Shown here: piece by piece, positions 1 through 10,261 of the stretch
How positions within the stretch are numbered: the first letter of the stretch is position 1
Layout: each line of letters opens with the position of its first letter
Assembly (NCBI GenBank): GCA_964248365.1
Contig: CAXTYC010000017.1
Coordinates: 47,664-111,663, forward strand
Direction of reading: 5' to 3'
Length of the DNA: 64,000 nt
From: an uncultured Chroococcidiopsis sp.
GTDB taxonomy: Bacteria > Cyanobacteriota > Cyanobacteriia > Cyanobacteriales > Chroococcidiopsidaceae
Position numbers and translations under genes: made by a program
The notes under the pieces: generated by a model
What the model saw: only the letters and a program-made list of their open reading frames with translations
Told to the model about the DNA's origin: nothing
Databases searched by the model: none

Positions 1-501
1 CCTGCCTTCCGCAACAATGTTCGTGACCTGATCAATGGTTTAAGTAGTTTAGTCTCGTCCACCCAGCAGATACAACAGCAAGTCCAAGTGGCTCAAACTC
101 TAGACTCTGTAACATCTGTAGTGAACAATCCACAGGCTGATACTTTGAAGTTAGGCTCTAATGTAGCAATTTCTAAAATTCCCACTGTGGATAGGAAATT
201 TGCTTCTAGGGAAACCCAGCAGTCGAACTATACTGCCAGTAGCAAGAAAGGGGAATTTCTAGCTAAAAAAACACAACCACAGTGGCTGCTCGATCTGAAG
301 GCAAGTAGGAAGGGAAATTCCCAATTCGCAATAGACCCTGGCGCTACACTGCGTGAACGCAATTCAGAATTAAAAACGCACTTACCAATTACCAACTACC
401 AACTACCAACTACCAACTACCAACTACCACTTACCGATTACCAACTACCAATTAGTTTATTTGATAATTCGGTTAATTACTCTGGCGCAGCAAAGCGATA
501 A
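1..501 (+). CDS. 3' part of an MCE/MlaD-family (Ycf22-like) lipid transport protein; starts before the window
   Basis: Frame 1 is open from base 1 (PAFRNNVRDLINGLSSLVSSTQQIQQQVQVAQTLDS), resembling the C-terminal region of cyanobacterial MlaD/Ycf22 proteins. The tail (LPITNYQLPTTNYQLP) is encoded by CCAACTA repeats and overlaps the mutT 3' end. Confidence 0.65.
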   Translation, partial: PAFRNNVRDLINGLSSLVSSTQQIQQQVQVAQTLDSVTSVVNNPQADTLKLGSNVAISKIPTVDRKFASRETQQSNYTASSKKGEFLAKKTQPQWLLDLKASRKGNSQFAIDPGATLRERNSELKTHLPITNYQLPTTNYQLPLTDYQLPISLFDNSVNYSGAAKR

Positions 502-889
502 TTTGCTCATTAGCCTTGGGGAAGGTAAAACAGTCAAGTTCATCAAGTGTTACCCACCGAATTTCGTCGCATTCAAGTAGTTGAGGAACTCCCCCAATAT
601 GGCGGCAGTGATGTACTGTGAGGGTAACACGCAAGTGGGTGTAGTCATGTTCAATAGTAATCAAATGCTTGCCCACTTCAATGGAGATTCCCAATTCCTC
701 CCTAATTTCTCGTTCAATACACTCTTCAACAGTTTCACCTGGTTCTATTTTCCCGCCTGGGAATTCCCATAAGCCGCCCATCATGCCCCCTGGACGACGG
801 CGATCAATTAAAATCTGGTGATGATTGTTCCAAATTACACCTACGCCAATAATTTTGTGTGGAGGGGAAGTAGGTAAGCTGTTGTGCAT
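473..889 (-). CDS. mutT: 8-oxo-dGTP diphosphatase MutT (Nudix hydrolase)
   Basis: Nudix box GGKIEPGETVEECIEREIREELG; GLWEFPGG; C-terminal FPKAN. Confidence 0.9.
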   Translation of the reverse strand: MHNSLPTSPPHKIIGVGVIWNNHHQILIDRRRPGGMMGGLWEFPGGKIEPGETVEECIEREIREELGISIEVGKHLITIEHDYTHLRVTLTVHHCRHIGGVPQLLECDEIRWVTLDELDCFTFPKANEQIIALLRQSN

Positions 890-938
890 TTAAGTTGCAT
901 CGTATTGAACCGCAGGGGGCGCAGGGGGAGTATTTATT

Positions 939-1283
939 CTATTGTTGCTCAGAGTTGTATACTTGAGTTGATTGCAGTGTTCTTTCAAACACCATGCGCT
1001 GTTCAGCGTTACGTAAGAAGTAGCCACTAATCATTGCTGAAGCAAGCAGTCTACCAAGATTTTCCCGGCTGGTGCTGATAGTCACGTCAAAATGTTCTGA
1101 AGGCAAATTACCCAATATGCCTACGATATTGCGCTCTATTACCTGAAAAACTTCTGCTGAGCTAGGTTTGGATAGCTGATTGATTGTTTCTGGACTCAGG
1201 GACTGGACATATTGCCATAACGAGTCATCAGTGTGCGACTCACCATTAAAGAATTCTGAGATTTGATTTGAAGAGTTGTTCAC
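939..1283 (-). CDS. DUF760-family protein
   Basis: LWQYVQSLSPE...LGNLPSEHFDVTISTSRENLGRLLASAMISGYFLRNAEQR; GTG start with GAGG upstream. Confidence 0.8.
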   Translation of the reverse strand: MNNSSNQISEFFNGESHTDDSLWQYVQSLSPETINQLSKPSSAEVFQVIERNIVGILGNLPSEHFDVTISTSRENLGRLLASAMISGYFLRNAEQRMVFERTLQSTQVYNSEQQ

Positions 1284-1637
1284 GTTATTCCTCGACTAGG
1301 GATGTATCTACCAGTTTCTGATTTAATTTTTTAATTTAGCAAGTAGCTTTGGTACTTTTTCCAATAGGGCTGGCTGTTAGTGCCTTTATGCAACTTAATG
1401 TAACAACTTAATTTCCCCTCTGGCAGTTGGTGAAACCGAACTCTTTTTGGGGGATGATCTCACCTTTGGGAGGGGTGAGGAGTGGGGAGTGAGGGAAAAC
1501 GCTTAATGATGAATGCAATTGCATTACCTCTGGATTACTTCAGTCAGAGTCATACTTTTGATTTGCTTTACTATAATTATTCTATTTTTGTCAATATTTT
1601 GTTATACTTATTAATAGAACTTTGTACGAGGGCATCC

Positions 1638-1814
1638 ATGCGCTACACCGATAAAGAAGGGAATACCCTCAACATCAATGAATACATGACTGCCGAGAGC
1701 TTCTTTATTGAGGCTGATATATATACCTGCGAACCACTGGAGATGCATTTTAATGCAAAAGGAGAGCTAAGAGCAGGAAAGAGACCAAACAAAGCAGTAG
1801 CTATCTCTTTATAG
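1638..1814 (+). CDS. Small hypothetical protein (58 aa) upstream of nblA
   Basis: ATG at 1638 preceded by GAGG; MRYTDKEGNTLNINEYMTAESFF...; AT-rich promoter-like region upstream. Confidence 0.45.
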   Translation: MRYTDKEGNTLNINEYMTAESFFIEADIYTCEPLEMHFNAKGELRAGKRPNKAVAISL

Positions 1815-1901
1815 TCATGTCTAGGTATTGAGCTTGATATCAAGATCTCTACCTAGCATTTACCCTTTAGTTTTCGCTCCATTTTTGCACAGGAACCAGT
1901 T

Positions 1902-2099
1902 ATGTATCAGCCCATCGAATTATCTTTAGAGCAAGAATTTAGTCTTAGAAGCTTTGCTAACCAAGTACAGCGTATGTCCCGTGAACAAGCTCAGGAGTTT
2001 TTGATCGTGCTGCACGAGCAAATGCTTCTTAAGGATAATATGTATAAGTCTTTTCTCAAGCACAAGTGGGAACTAGATTCAGATTCAATGTTTGTGTAA
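1902..2099 (+). CDS. nblA: Phycobilisome degradation protein NblA
   Basis: LSLEQEFSLRSFANQVQRMSREQAQEFLIVLHEQM...YKSFLKHKW; AGGA ribosome-binding site. Confidence 0.92.
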   Translation: MYQPIELSLEQEFSLRSFANQVQRMSREQAQEFLIVLHEQMLLKDNMYKSFLKHKWELDSDSMFV

Positions 2100-2148
2100 A
2101 GGGCGATCGCTAGACTAATGACTCGATAACAGAGGCGTTGTTAAATCA

Positions 2149-2181
2149 GGGGTAGTGTGACGGAAGCTATTACACTACCCC
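2149..2181. terminator. Strong hairpin between convergent nblA and sigD
   Basis: GGGGTAGTGTGA-cggaagcta-TTACACTACCCC inverted repeat. Confidence 0.55.
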
Positions 2182-2376
2182 CAACCAACGCAAGTACTGG
2201 ACTTGTTGGCTCAAAAGTGCGGCGTAAATCATCAGGGCAGAAGGATGCTATTTATCAATAAGCGCCTGATCAAACTCACAAGGCATTTACAGCGGAAGTT
2301 TTCGGGGGGAATAATTCCGCCCCAAACACTTCCATATTGAACCTACATCGCCCCAGGGTCCCCAGTCTTAGTACCC

Positions 2377-3333
2377 TTAGCTAGCCAAGTATTGATCTAA
2401 GTCAGCTTTGCGCTTGCGAAGTTTGGTTAAGGCTTCGCGCTCAATTTGGCGTACTCGTTCCCGACTAATATTGAGGCGATCACCTATTTTTGCCAGAGTC
2501 ATGGCTTGTCCATCGGCTAATCCAAACCGTAGAGACAAGACTTCCCGTTGCTGGGGAGTCAAATCTGCCATCAGCTTTTCTATATCTGTAGATAAACACG
2601 ACTCGGTAACAAAATCTTCTGGGGAAGCTCCTGTATCTTCTAATAGTTCTCCCAATTCGGTATCCTGATTATCCCCCACTCGTAAATCTAGCGACAGTGG
2701 CAGCCTTGCTTTTTCTAGGTACTCTCGTACCTGTCTGGGGGTTAATTCTAGTTCTACTGCTAACTCGGATATTGTCGGGGCGCGTCCCAGTTGCTGAGAT
2801 AGACTGCGCTGTGCTTTTTTAATTTTGTTTAGCTTCTCTGTAATATGGATCGGTAAGCGAATTGTGCGCCCTTTTTCCGCGATCGCCCGTGTTATAGCTT
2901 GCCGTATCCACCAATACGCATAAGTTGAAAACCGATAACCCTTGGTTGGGTCAAACTTTTCTACCCCCCGCTGCATTCCGATTGTACCTTCCTGAATCAA
3001 ATCCAGTAAGTCTACGTTGCGCTTAATATACTTTTTGGCAACGGAAACTACCAATCTCAGGTTTGCTTCTACCATCTTGCGCTTGGCAATTTCACCCTGA
3101 TCGATCGCTCTTTTCAACTCGATCCGATCTACCTGTGAAGCGAGGCTCCACTCATCTAAAGTCGGTTCACGACCCAACTGCTCGGTTAGAGATTCTCTTA
3201 CCATATACAAGGCGGTTGATCGCTGCACCTGTTTGCCATACACTATTTCCTGCTCGTGAGTTAGTAACGGTACACGACCGATCTCACGCAAATATGTGCG
3301 TACAAGGTCAGTTGTTGTCTGAGCGGTCTTCAT
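2377..3333 (-). CDS. sigD: Group 2 RNA polymerase sigma-70 factor (SigD/RpoD3-like)
   Basis: [74 protein letters not shown]; no region 1.1. Confidence 0.85.
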   Translation of the reverse strand: MKTAQTTTDLVRTYLREIGRVPLLTHEQEIVYGKQVQRSTALYMVRESLTEQLGREPTLDEWSLASQVDRIELKRAIDQGEIAKRKMVEANLRLVVSVAKKYIKRNVDLLDLIQEGTIGMQRGVEKFDPTKGYRFSTYAYWWIRQAITRAIAEKGRTIRLPIHITEKLNKIKKAQRSLSQQLGRAPTISELAVELELTPRQVREYLEKARLPLSLDLRVGDNQDTELGELLEDTGASPEDFVTESCLSTDIEKLMADLTPQQREVLSLRFGLADGQAMTLAKIGDRLNISRERVRQIEREALTKLRKRKADLDQYLAS

Positions 3334-3938
3334 GGCGCTGGGTTCTTGTTTTGTAATAAGCAGCTGTTCGGGAATAAAAAGATTAACACTTTTGTACCTG
3401 CAACGCCTTCATAAATCCAGAAAATATTATCTTTGCGAAAGATGTGGGAATTGAAGATATGTTACAAAAATGCTAATCAAACAATATGACGGATGTTGCA
3501 CAAACTCAAGCTGAAAAAGCTAATAATACAGATAAGGCAATTAGTGTATGCTTTTCTCTGTCATTAGGTTACTGAATTCATTTTTCATATTATTAACTAT
3601 TGTAACATTTCTGAGAGGAGATTGCTACCTCCTACACGTAAATGCTAAAAATACAAAGGATATTTAGCCTTTGAAGGCGTGGGCGATCGCTTTACTGACA
3701 ATTGATTTTGTCTAAATAGGCTAGCACATACGAGCGTAACTGCTTAGCACAAACTAATCAGTAGTCTGCCTGACAAATGCATCTAAAAGACAGAAGACAG
3801 TAAATTTTTTAATATGCATGCACCTTAAATAATTATTGAATTTTTTCTGCAATTTTTTGTTAAATTTTCCTTAAAGTTTTTGTGAGATATGTCAGGTAGG
3901 CAATGGTGGGCTACTAGCTTAAAGTTTTTGATCTAAAG

Positions 3939-3963
3939 GTAAGGTGGGCATTGCCCACCCTAC
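3939..3963. repeat. GTAG-type REP-like palindrome GGTGGGCA(A/T)TGCCCACCCTAC; further copies at 15839-15859 and 18996-19019
   Basis: Near-identical palindromes just downstream of the carB, oxidoreductase and malic enzyme stop codons. Confidence 0.85.
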
Positions 3964-3966
3964 TGT

Positions 3967-6900
3967 TTATTTGGCTAGAGCGACAAACTCTTGAATAGCT
4001 TTCACATCAAGAGGCTGAGTTTGCAGAGAACGGATAGCGGCGGCGGTGGCTCTTGCTCCGGCGATTGTAGTGATGATGGGGATTTTGTAAGCTAACGCTG
4101 TACGACGAATTAGCCTAGCATCGGTTTGTGCTTCTGAGCCAGAGGGTGAGTTGACGATCAGTTGAATTTGCCCATTTTTCATGGCATCCAGAACATGAGG
4201 GCGACCTTCATGCAGCTTGAGGATAAGGTCAACATTTAACCCATTTTCTTGCAAAACTTTGCGTGTACCGTCTGTTGCGACAACTTTAAAGCCTAGCTGG
4301 AGGAAGTCTTTGACTACGGGAACGACCAAGGGTTTATCGCGTTCACTCATTGAGACAAACACTGTTCCACTTAGAGGTAATACCTCCCCTGCACCTAATT
4401 CCGCCTTAGCAAAAGCAAGACCAAAAGTGCTGTCAATGCCCATCACTTCCCCAGTCGAGCGCATTTCTGGTCCTAAAATTGTATCCGTACCAGGAAACTT
4501 CTTAAACGGTAGAACGGCTTCTTTAACAGCAATATGGTTCGGTTTGGGTTCTTCGGTAAGTCCCAAAGACTCTAAAGTTTCACCCGCCATCACCAAAGAG
4601 GCAAGTTTGGCTAATGGTACACCAGTTGCCTTAGAAACAAACGGTACAGTTCGAGAAGCACGGGGGTTAGCCTCCAAAATGTAAACTTGAGGATTATAAC
4701 CATGCGCCTCGACTACGGCAAATTGGATATTCATCAAACCAATTACCTTCAACGCCTGTGCCAGTTGCACCGTCCAGGTACGAATTTGATCTAAAACTGC
4801 CGCAGGTAAAGAAATCGCAGGTAACGAGCAAGCCGAATCACCTGAATGAATTCCCGCCTGTTCGATGTGTTCCATGATACCACCGATCACTACTCTTCCG
4901 GTGTGATCGGCGATCGCATCCACATCTACTTCGATCGCATTCTCCAAAAACTTATCAATCAAAATCGGATGATCTGGCTCTACCTGAACAGCAAAAGTCA
5001 TGTAGCGCTCTAAATCATTATCACTGTAGACAATTTCCATTGCCCGTCCGCCCAACACATAGCTAGGACGCACCACTACGGGATAACCAATTTTTTGCGC
5101 GATCGCCAAAGCATCTTCATAACTTCTGGCAATCCCATTCGGCGGCTGAGTAATATTCAACTGATACAGAATCTTCTCAAACCTTTCGCGGTCTTCTGCG
5201 ATATCAATTGAGTCTGGCGAAGTTCCCCAAATTTTGGTAATGATTCCTGAAAACTCACTTTGCGCCTTTGCGCCGGACACTTTGCCTCCTGTCGGAAACC
5301 CGCTATCGCTTGTGTCCTCGTCTTTGCGTGACAGAAACTCTTGAAGTGGTACAGCCAACTTTAGCGGAGTTTGCCCGCCAAACTGAACAATTACCCCAAT
5401 TGGATTTTCTGCCTCAATGATGTTTAGCACATCTTCCTTGGTCAAAGGCTCAAAGTAGAGGCGATCGCTTGTGTCATAATCGGTCGAAACTGTCTCTGGA
5501 TTTGAGTTAACCATAATCGTTTCAAAACCAGCTGCTTTAAGAGCATAGCTAGCGTGACAACAACAATAGTCAAACTCAATACCTTGCCCAATGCGGTTAG
5601 GTCCACCACCCAAAATCATTACTTTCTGCTTGTCAGAACCAAGTATTTCTGATTCATCTTCGTAAGTTGAGTAGTGGTAGGGGGTAAACGCCTCAAACTC
5701 TGCCGCACAGGTATCTACTGTTTTATAAACTGGGATTACACCTAGAGAATGGCGATAGGCACGGACAGAATCTTCTGTTGTTTTCGTAGCAAAAGCGATT
5801 TGGCGATCGCTAAATCCTTGTTTTTTCACTGCATATAATTGCTCTTTTGTCAACTGCTCTAACGTAGTTCGTTTGAGAAACTTCTCAGTATCGAGCAAGG
5901 ATTGCATCTGATCCAAGAACCAGGGATCGATACCAGTTAGCTCGTAGATTTCCTCAACACTCATCCCCAGTAGCATCGCGTGACGCAGGGCAAAAATTCG
6001 CTCTGGATTGGGTGTCCGCAGCTGGGCGCGGATTTGTTCACCACTGGGCAGCTTTTCGGTTTTGTCGCAACCCCAGCCAGCCCGACCTGTTTCTAGGGAT
6101 CTGAGTGCTTTTTGAAACGATTCGTTAAACGTCCGCCCGATCGCCATTGCTTCCCCTACTGACTTCATTTGCGTCGTCAGCACTGGTTCCGAACCAGGAA
6201 ACTTTTCAAACGCAAATCGGGGAACTTTTGTCACCACATAGTCAATAGTAGGCTCAAACGACGCTGGTGTTTTCTTAGTAATGTCGTTGCTAATTTCATC
6301 CAACGTGTAGCCGATCGCCAATTTCGCCGCAAACTTAGCAATGGGAAACCCCGTAGCTTTGGAAGCCAAAGCCGAACTACGAGAAACACGGGGGTTCATT
6401 TCAATCACAACCACATCCCCATTGACGGGATTGACAGCAAACTGGATATTAGAACCGCCAGTTTCTACACCTATCTCGCGGATGATTTTAATTGCCGCAT
6501 CGCGTAGGCGCTGATATTCTTTATCTGTCAAGGTTTGGGCTGGAGCGACGGTAATTGAATCTCCGGTATGAATACCCATCGGATCGATATTTTCAATCGA
6601 GCAGATAATCACAACGTTATCTGCCAAATCACGCATTACTTCAAGTTCGTATTCTTTCCAACCGAGCAGAGATTGATCGATCAGAATTTGTGAAACTGGA
6701 CTAGCATCAATACCCGCTTGTGCCATTTCCTCAAATTCTTCTTGGTTGTAGGAAATACCGCCACCACTACCGCCCATAGTAAAGGCGGGACGGATAATTA
6801 GGGGATAAGTGCCAATTTCACGGGCGATCGCTTTGGCTTCTTCTAAAGTGGAGGCTGTACCACTGGGACACATTTTCACCCCAATTCGATCCATCGCCTC

Positions 6901-7299
6901 TTTAAATAGTTGCCGATCTTCGGCTTTCTCAATCGCTGGTAACTTAGCTCCAATTAGCTCAACATTGTACTTATCTAATACTCCATTGTGAGCCAACGCC
7001 ACAGCAATATTCAGCGCTGTTTGTCCTCCCATCGTTGGCAATAATGCATCTGGTCGTTCCTTGGCAATTACCTTTTCGACCAATTCCGGTGTGAGTGGTT
7101 CGATATAAGTTCGATCTGCCGTTTCCGGATCGGTCATAATTGTAGCGGGGTTAGAATTGACCAGCACCACTTGGTAGCCTTCTTCGCGCAGGGCTTTACA
7201 GGCTTGCGTACCTGAGTAGTCAAACTCGCAGGCTTGCCCAATTACAATAGGACCAGAACCAAGCAGCAGAATTTTGCGGATATCTTTGCGGCGGGGCAT
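3967..7299 (-). CDS. carB: Carbamoyl-phosphate synthase large subunit
   Basis: [30 protein letters not shown]; two ATP-grasp repeats; C-terminal MGS domain. Confidence 0.98.
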   Translation of the reverse strand: MPRRKDIRKILLLGSGPIVIGQACEFDYSGTQACKALREEGYQVVLVNSNPATIMTDPETADRTYIEPLTPELVEKVIAKERPDALLPTMGGQTALNIAVALAHNGVLDKYNVELIGAKLPAIEKAEDRQLFKEAMDRIGVKMCPSGTASTLEEAKAIAREIGTYPLIIRPAFTMGGSGGGISYNQEEFEEMAQAGIDASPVSQILIDQSLLGWKEYELEVMRDLADNVVIICSIENIDPMGIHTGDSITVAPAQTLTDKEYQRLRDAAIKIIREIGVETGGSNIQFAVNPVNGDVVVIEMNPRVSRSSALASKATGFPIAKFAAKLAIGYTLDEISNDITKKTPASFEPTIDYVVTKVPRFAFEKFPGSEPVLTTQMKSVGEAMAIGRTFNESFQKALRSLETGRAGWGCDKTEKLPSGEQIRAQLRTPNPERIFALRHAMLLGMSVEEIYELTGIDPWFLDQMQSLLDTEKFLKRTTLEQLTKEQLYAVKKQGFSDRQIAFATKTTEDSVRAYRHSLGVIPVYKTVDTCAAEFEAFTPYHYSTYEDESEILGSDKQKVMILGGGPNRIGQGIEFDYCCCHASYALKAAGFETIMVNSNPETVSTDYDTSDRLYFEPLTKEDVLNIIEAENPIGVIVQFGGQTPLKLAVPLQEFLSRKDEDTSDSGFPTGGKVSGAKAQSEFSGIITKIWGTSPDSIDIAEDRERFEKILYQLNITQPPNGIARSYEDALAIAQKIGYPVVVRPSYVLGGRAMEIVYSDNDLERYMTFAVQVEPDHPILIDKFLENAIEVDVDAIADHTGRVVIGGIMEHIEQAGIHSGDSACSLPAISLPAAVLDQIRTWTVQLAQALKVIGLMNIQFAVVEAHGYNPQVYILEANPRASRTVPFVSKATGVPLAKLASLVMAGETLESLGLTEEPKPNHIAVKEAVLPFKKFPGTDTILGPEMRSTGEVMGIDSTFGLAFAKAELGAGEVLPLSGTVFVSMSERDKPLVVPVVKDFLQLGFKVVATDGTRKVLQENGLNVDLILKLHEGRPHVLDAMKNGQIQLIVNSPSGSEAQTDARLIRRTALAYKIPIITTIAGARATAAAIRSLQTQPLDVKAIQEFVALAK

Positions 7300-7414
7300 A
7301 GTCGTTTGTTTAGTTCTGAGTATGAGTATTCAAATCCTGACTATTGTAAGCGTCTTTCCCCACAACTAAAGTTGTCTATTTAGCAACTTTTCCAAGGATT
7401 GATCATTTATTTGA

Positions 7415-7550
7415 GGGGCTAGAGGCTAGGGGCTAGGGACTAGTAAAGAGAGCTGGGGAGGCTGGGGAGGCTGGGGGATCTGGGGGGAAATTACCTTTTC
7501 CCTTTTCCCTTTTCCCTTTTCCCTTTCCCCTAGCCTCTAGCCCCTAGCCC
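7415..7550. repeat. Composite STRR element (GGGGCTA arms, GGGGAGCT and CCCTTTT units) with inverted arms
   Basis: Heptamer tandem repeats visible directly; similar blocks near 16750-16893, 29140-29270, 38320-38465, 48170-48312, 51870-52020, 52297-52460 and 58468-58613. Confidence 0.9.
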
Positions 7551-8099
7551 CTAATGTCTGCCTCCCATGAATCCCAGTGTCAGGCTGTCATGGGCGAGGA
7601 AGTGACCGAGATGGTAAGCTCTTTCTTCGGTTTTGATCAGGATTGTTTCGTATAGATAGCGGGTAGCGCGATCGCCTAAACTTTCTGCTTGGGCAGCTTG
7701 GCGACGAATTAGACTAATTATCGCTTGCTCGGCGGCTAAGTCATGTTCGACCATTTGGCGGCAAAGATATACACCGTCCTGTTCCTGCTCAAAGCAGCAC
7801 AATTGGGCTAATTTGCTAAAGCTAGCTACTGGAACGCCACCTAGTCCATCCAAGCGTTCGCCAATATCATGGGCGTGTCCTTGAACTTGTTCGTAGCTCT
7901 CGCTAAAAAACTGATGCAGCATATAAAATTCTGCACCTTCAACCACGAAATGATGCTTTTGATATTGCAGATACAAGCCCTGAAAACTCGCAAGGGCAAT
8001 GTTTAACCCTTCACACACAGGCATCGTGACACTACGATCCAGCAGAATGGGATTGTCATATACCTGACCAAAGTTGCGTAATAAAGCGGCTTCTGACAT
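7551..8099 (-). CDS. dps: Dps-family DNA protection / ferritin-like protein
   Basis: [24 protein letters not shown]...[14 protein letters not shown]...[13 protein letters not shown]. Confidence 0.92.
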   Translation of the reverse strand: MSEAALLRNFGQVYDNPILLDRSVTMPVCEGLNIALASFQGLYLQYQKHHFVVEGAEFYMLHQFFSESYEQVQGHAHDIGERLDGLGGVPVASFSKLAQLCCFEQEQDGVYLCRQMVEHDLAAEQAIISLIRRQAAQAESLGDRATRYLYETILIKTEERAYHLGHFLAHDSLTLGFMGGRH

Positions 8100-8332
8100 A
8101 GTTTTCCTCCCTTTTTGGCAGTTTTAATTGCCGACTGCTTCAATCCACTAACATTATCCCTTTTTAGTCAATCCCCACCCTTGGGGTTAATTCATATTTT
8201 GCACCAGTCTTTAATAGAGGCTGAGTCTGGATACAGCTATTACCCAGACTTCCTCTGGCTACTAGATAGGGGAGAAAGGTGCAAGATGTCGAGTTAAGAA
8301 ACGCGATCCCACTTTTCACCCTCTTTGTCTTC

Positions 8333-8385
8333 ATAAATTCTTATTAATGCAAATTTATTGCAAAAGTCTTGAGAATTATTTGCAG
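8333..8385. promoter_or_regulatory. Candidate Fur-type operator between divergent dps and the asr1405-like/2Fe-2S genes
   Basis: AT-rich imperfect palindromes ATAAATTCTTATTAATGCAAATTTATTGCAAAAGTCTTGAGAATTATTTGCA between iron-related genes. Confidence 0.45.
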
Positions 8386-8492
8386 TTAGGATATGCTAAT
8401 GGCTAGATGCTGAACTCTCACAGTTACTAAAAGTGAGAGTTGCAGCTATTCAAAGCTAGTGCGAGTTAATTTCGGCTTCGGAGGAAATTGTT

Positions 8493-8744
8493 TTGACGTT
8501 GGGTTGTCAATCAGAATTCAAGAAGATAGTTGATGTCAATAGGGCAGATCGGTGGCAAGTGTATCACCGCTTACAAGAGTTAGATATTCCTTGTTCGTGC
8601 GCCACAGAGCAGCCATTGATAGTTCACATTGCTAATGTAGTGTCGGCGGTTCAAATTTGGAGTGTTTCAAGGCAATTTACCTGTTCTCGTCAAGATTTGG
8701 TGTGGTGGCTAAAGCGCTGCTGGCAGTATAACCAGCAGCGTTAA
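8493..8744 (+). CDS. Asr1405/Asl0597-family protein
   Basis: DRWQVYHRLQELDIPCSC...QIWSVSRQFT...LVWWLKRCW; GGAGG ribosome-binding site before TTG. Confidence 0.8.
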   Translation: MTLGCQSEFKKIVDVNRADRWQVYHRLQELDIPCSCATEQPLIVHIANVVSAVQIWSVSRQFTCSRQDLVWWLKRCWQYNQQR

Positions 8745-8781
8745 TTGTATTCATATTTAAAATCAGAGAGGTTACAAAAAG

Positions 8782-9417
8782 ATGAGTAAATTTCATTTTG
8801 GTAAAGAAGTCTCAGCCTTTAGCCTGGAAGGAAAGCTTCTAGGTTTTGAGTTTGAAGATGGCTATAAGCGCAAATATCTACGGATAGAGAGTTTAGAAGG
8901 TGAATACTACTGCATCAAACTTGCCAAATACTTAAGATCATCCTTCGAGTTAGATTTGCAGCTAGGGGATTGGGTGCAGATTTTTGGGGAAAAGAAGTTT
9001 GACTCTAAAAAAGGCACTCTCAAACTGAAAGCCAGTCGAGTAATTTTGGCAGGTAACAAACAAACCAAAACGCCTGTTCCATCCAAACCCAAGCCTATAC
9101 AAGGCAAAGCTAATATTTTGGTGTGTCAAAAGTCTGATTGCATGAAACGCGGTGGAAAAGGAGTTTGTCAGGCTTTGCAAGCAGCTATAAGCGATCGCGG
9201 TTTAGAAAACCAGGTAGCAATCAAAGGAACTGGTTGTCTCAAACAGTGCAAAGCGGGACCAAATGTGATAATGCCAGATAAAACCCGTTACACTCGCATT
9301 CAAGCAGAGCAAATCCCCGAAGTGATTGACAGACATTTCCCAGCCCCAAGTGTCGATGAGCAGTCAGCCAGGGAAAAAGAATTAGCAACCGTCGGGATAG
9401 CACAGCATTGCGATTAA
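8782..9417 (+). CDS. Thioredoxin-like (2Fe-2S) ferredoxin domain protein with an N-terminal OB-like domain
   Basis: VCQKSDCMKRGG...TGCLKQCKAGPN cysteine pattern. Confidence 0.85.
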   Translation: MSKFHFGKEVSAFSLEGKLLGFEFEDGYKRKYLRIESLEGEYYCIKLAKYLRSSFELDLQLGDWVQIFGEKKFDSKKGTLKLKASRVILAGNKQTKTPVPSKPKPIQGKANILVCQKSDCMKRGGKGVCQALQAAISDRGLENQVAIKGTGCLKQCKAGPNVIMPDKTRYTRIQAEQIPEVIDRHFPAPSVDEQSAREKELATVGIAQHCD

Positions 9418-9580
9418 ATGAAAATAATTGACAATAACTTAGAGGCGGGACACTCATCTAAGTTTATGACAATCTTTTGCAATTTCTGAGCAAGAAAGGG
9501 TAATTTCGATACAAATATACACATTTGAAACAATTATTAAATGCTTTAATATAGAAAGGCAAAAAAGAATTTTTTAAATA

Positions 9581-9904
9581 ATGAATCCGAGTATTGTAGC
9601 CGCGATCGCCTACGGTATTTTAGCGATAATTGGCGGCATTATTGGATACATTCAAGCTCGGAGTAAAGCATCGCTCATCTCTGGGATAATCAGCGGCGTA
9701 CTACTGATTATCGGCGGAGTAATGCAATTACAGGGACAATCCTGGGGGCTGATCTTGGCATCAGTTGTTACAGTTTGTCTAATAATTGTATTTGCAATGC
9801 GGCTAACTAAAACCCGCAAATTTATGCCAGCAGGATTGATGACTGTGCTAGGTGTAGCTGCATTAGTAATTATGCTTAAAGAGGGGCTAGGGGCTAGAGG
9901 CTAG
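9581..9904 (+). CDS. TMEM14-family small membrane protein
   Basis: YGILAIIGGIIGYIQARSKASLISG...RLTKTRKFMPAGL. Confidence 0.88.
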   Translation: MNPSIVAAIAYGILAIIGGIIGYIQARSKASLISGIISGVLLIIGGVMQLQGQSWGLILASVVTVCLIIVFAMRLTKTRKFMPAGLMTVLGVAALVIMLKEGLGARG

Positions 9905-9943
9905 GGGCTAGTGTTGAGGACAACAAGGGCAAGGGAGAATTAA

Positions 9944-10261
9944 CTATTCTAACTTCTGACTTGTGACTCCTGACTCCTGAGTGCTGACTTCTGACTCCTG
10001 TTTATACATAATCTTCAGCACCAAAATCATAGAGGCGAAAAGAAAGGTGACGATGTTTGCCGCAATAATCGGAATATTTTGAATATAAAAGCCGTATACT
10101 AACCACAAAATAATTCCTGTACACAGAACAATCAGCATACTCCAAGAAAGATCGTGCGCTGATTTCGTTTGCCAAGTTTTGATTAGTTGGGGTAAATAGG
10201 CGATCGTTGTGAGTACTCCTGCTATTAGCCCTAGAGCGGTGATAAAATCAAATTCTTCCAT
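9944..10261 (-). CDS. SemiSWEET / PQ-loop sugar transporter
   Basis: LTTIAYLPQLIKTWQTKSAHDLS...LWLVYG...PIIAAN; three TM segments. Confidence 0.88.
   Translation of the reverse strand: MEEFDFITALGLIAGVLTTIAYLPQLIKTWQTKSAHDLSWSMLIVLCTGIILWLVYGFYIQNIPIIAANIVTFLFASMILVLKIMYKQESEVSTQESGVTSQKLE

Noticed and set aside
4217..4684. Antisense ORFs in the track overlapping carB (and similar ones over sigD, amiC, nhaS3, the kinases and glk)
   Set aside because: Shadow frames of well-supported genes with no recognisable motifs.
5258..5333. Intein or intron in carB
   Set aside because: The insert is only about 25 codons, lacks intein terminal residues and is explained by repeat DNA.
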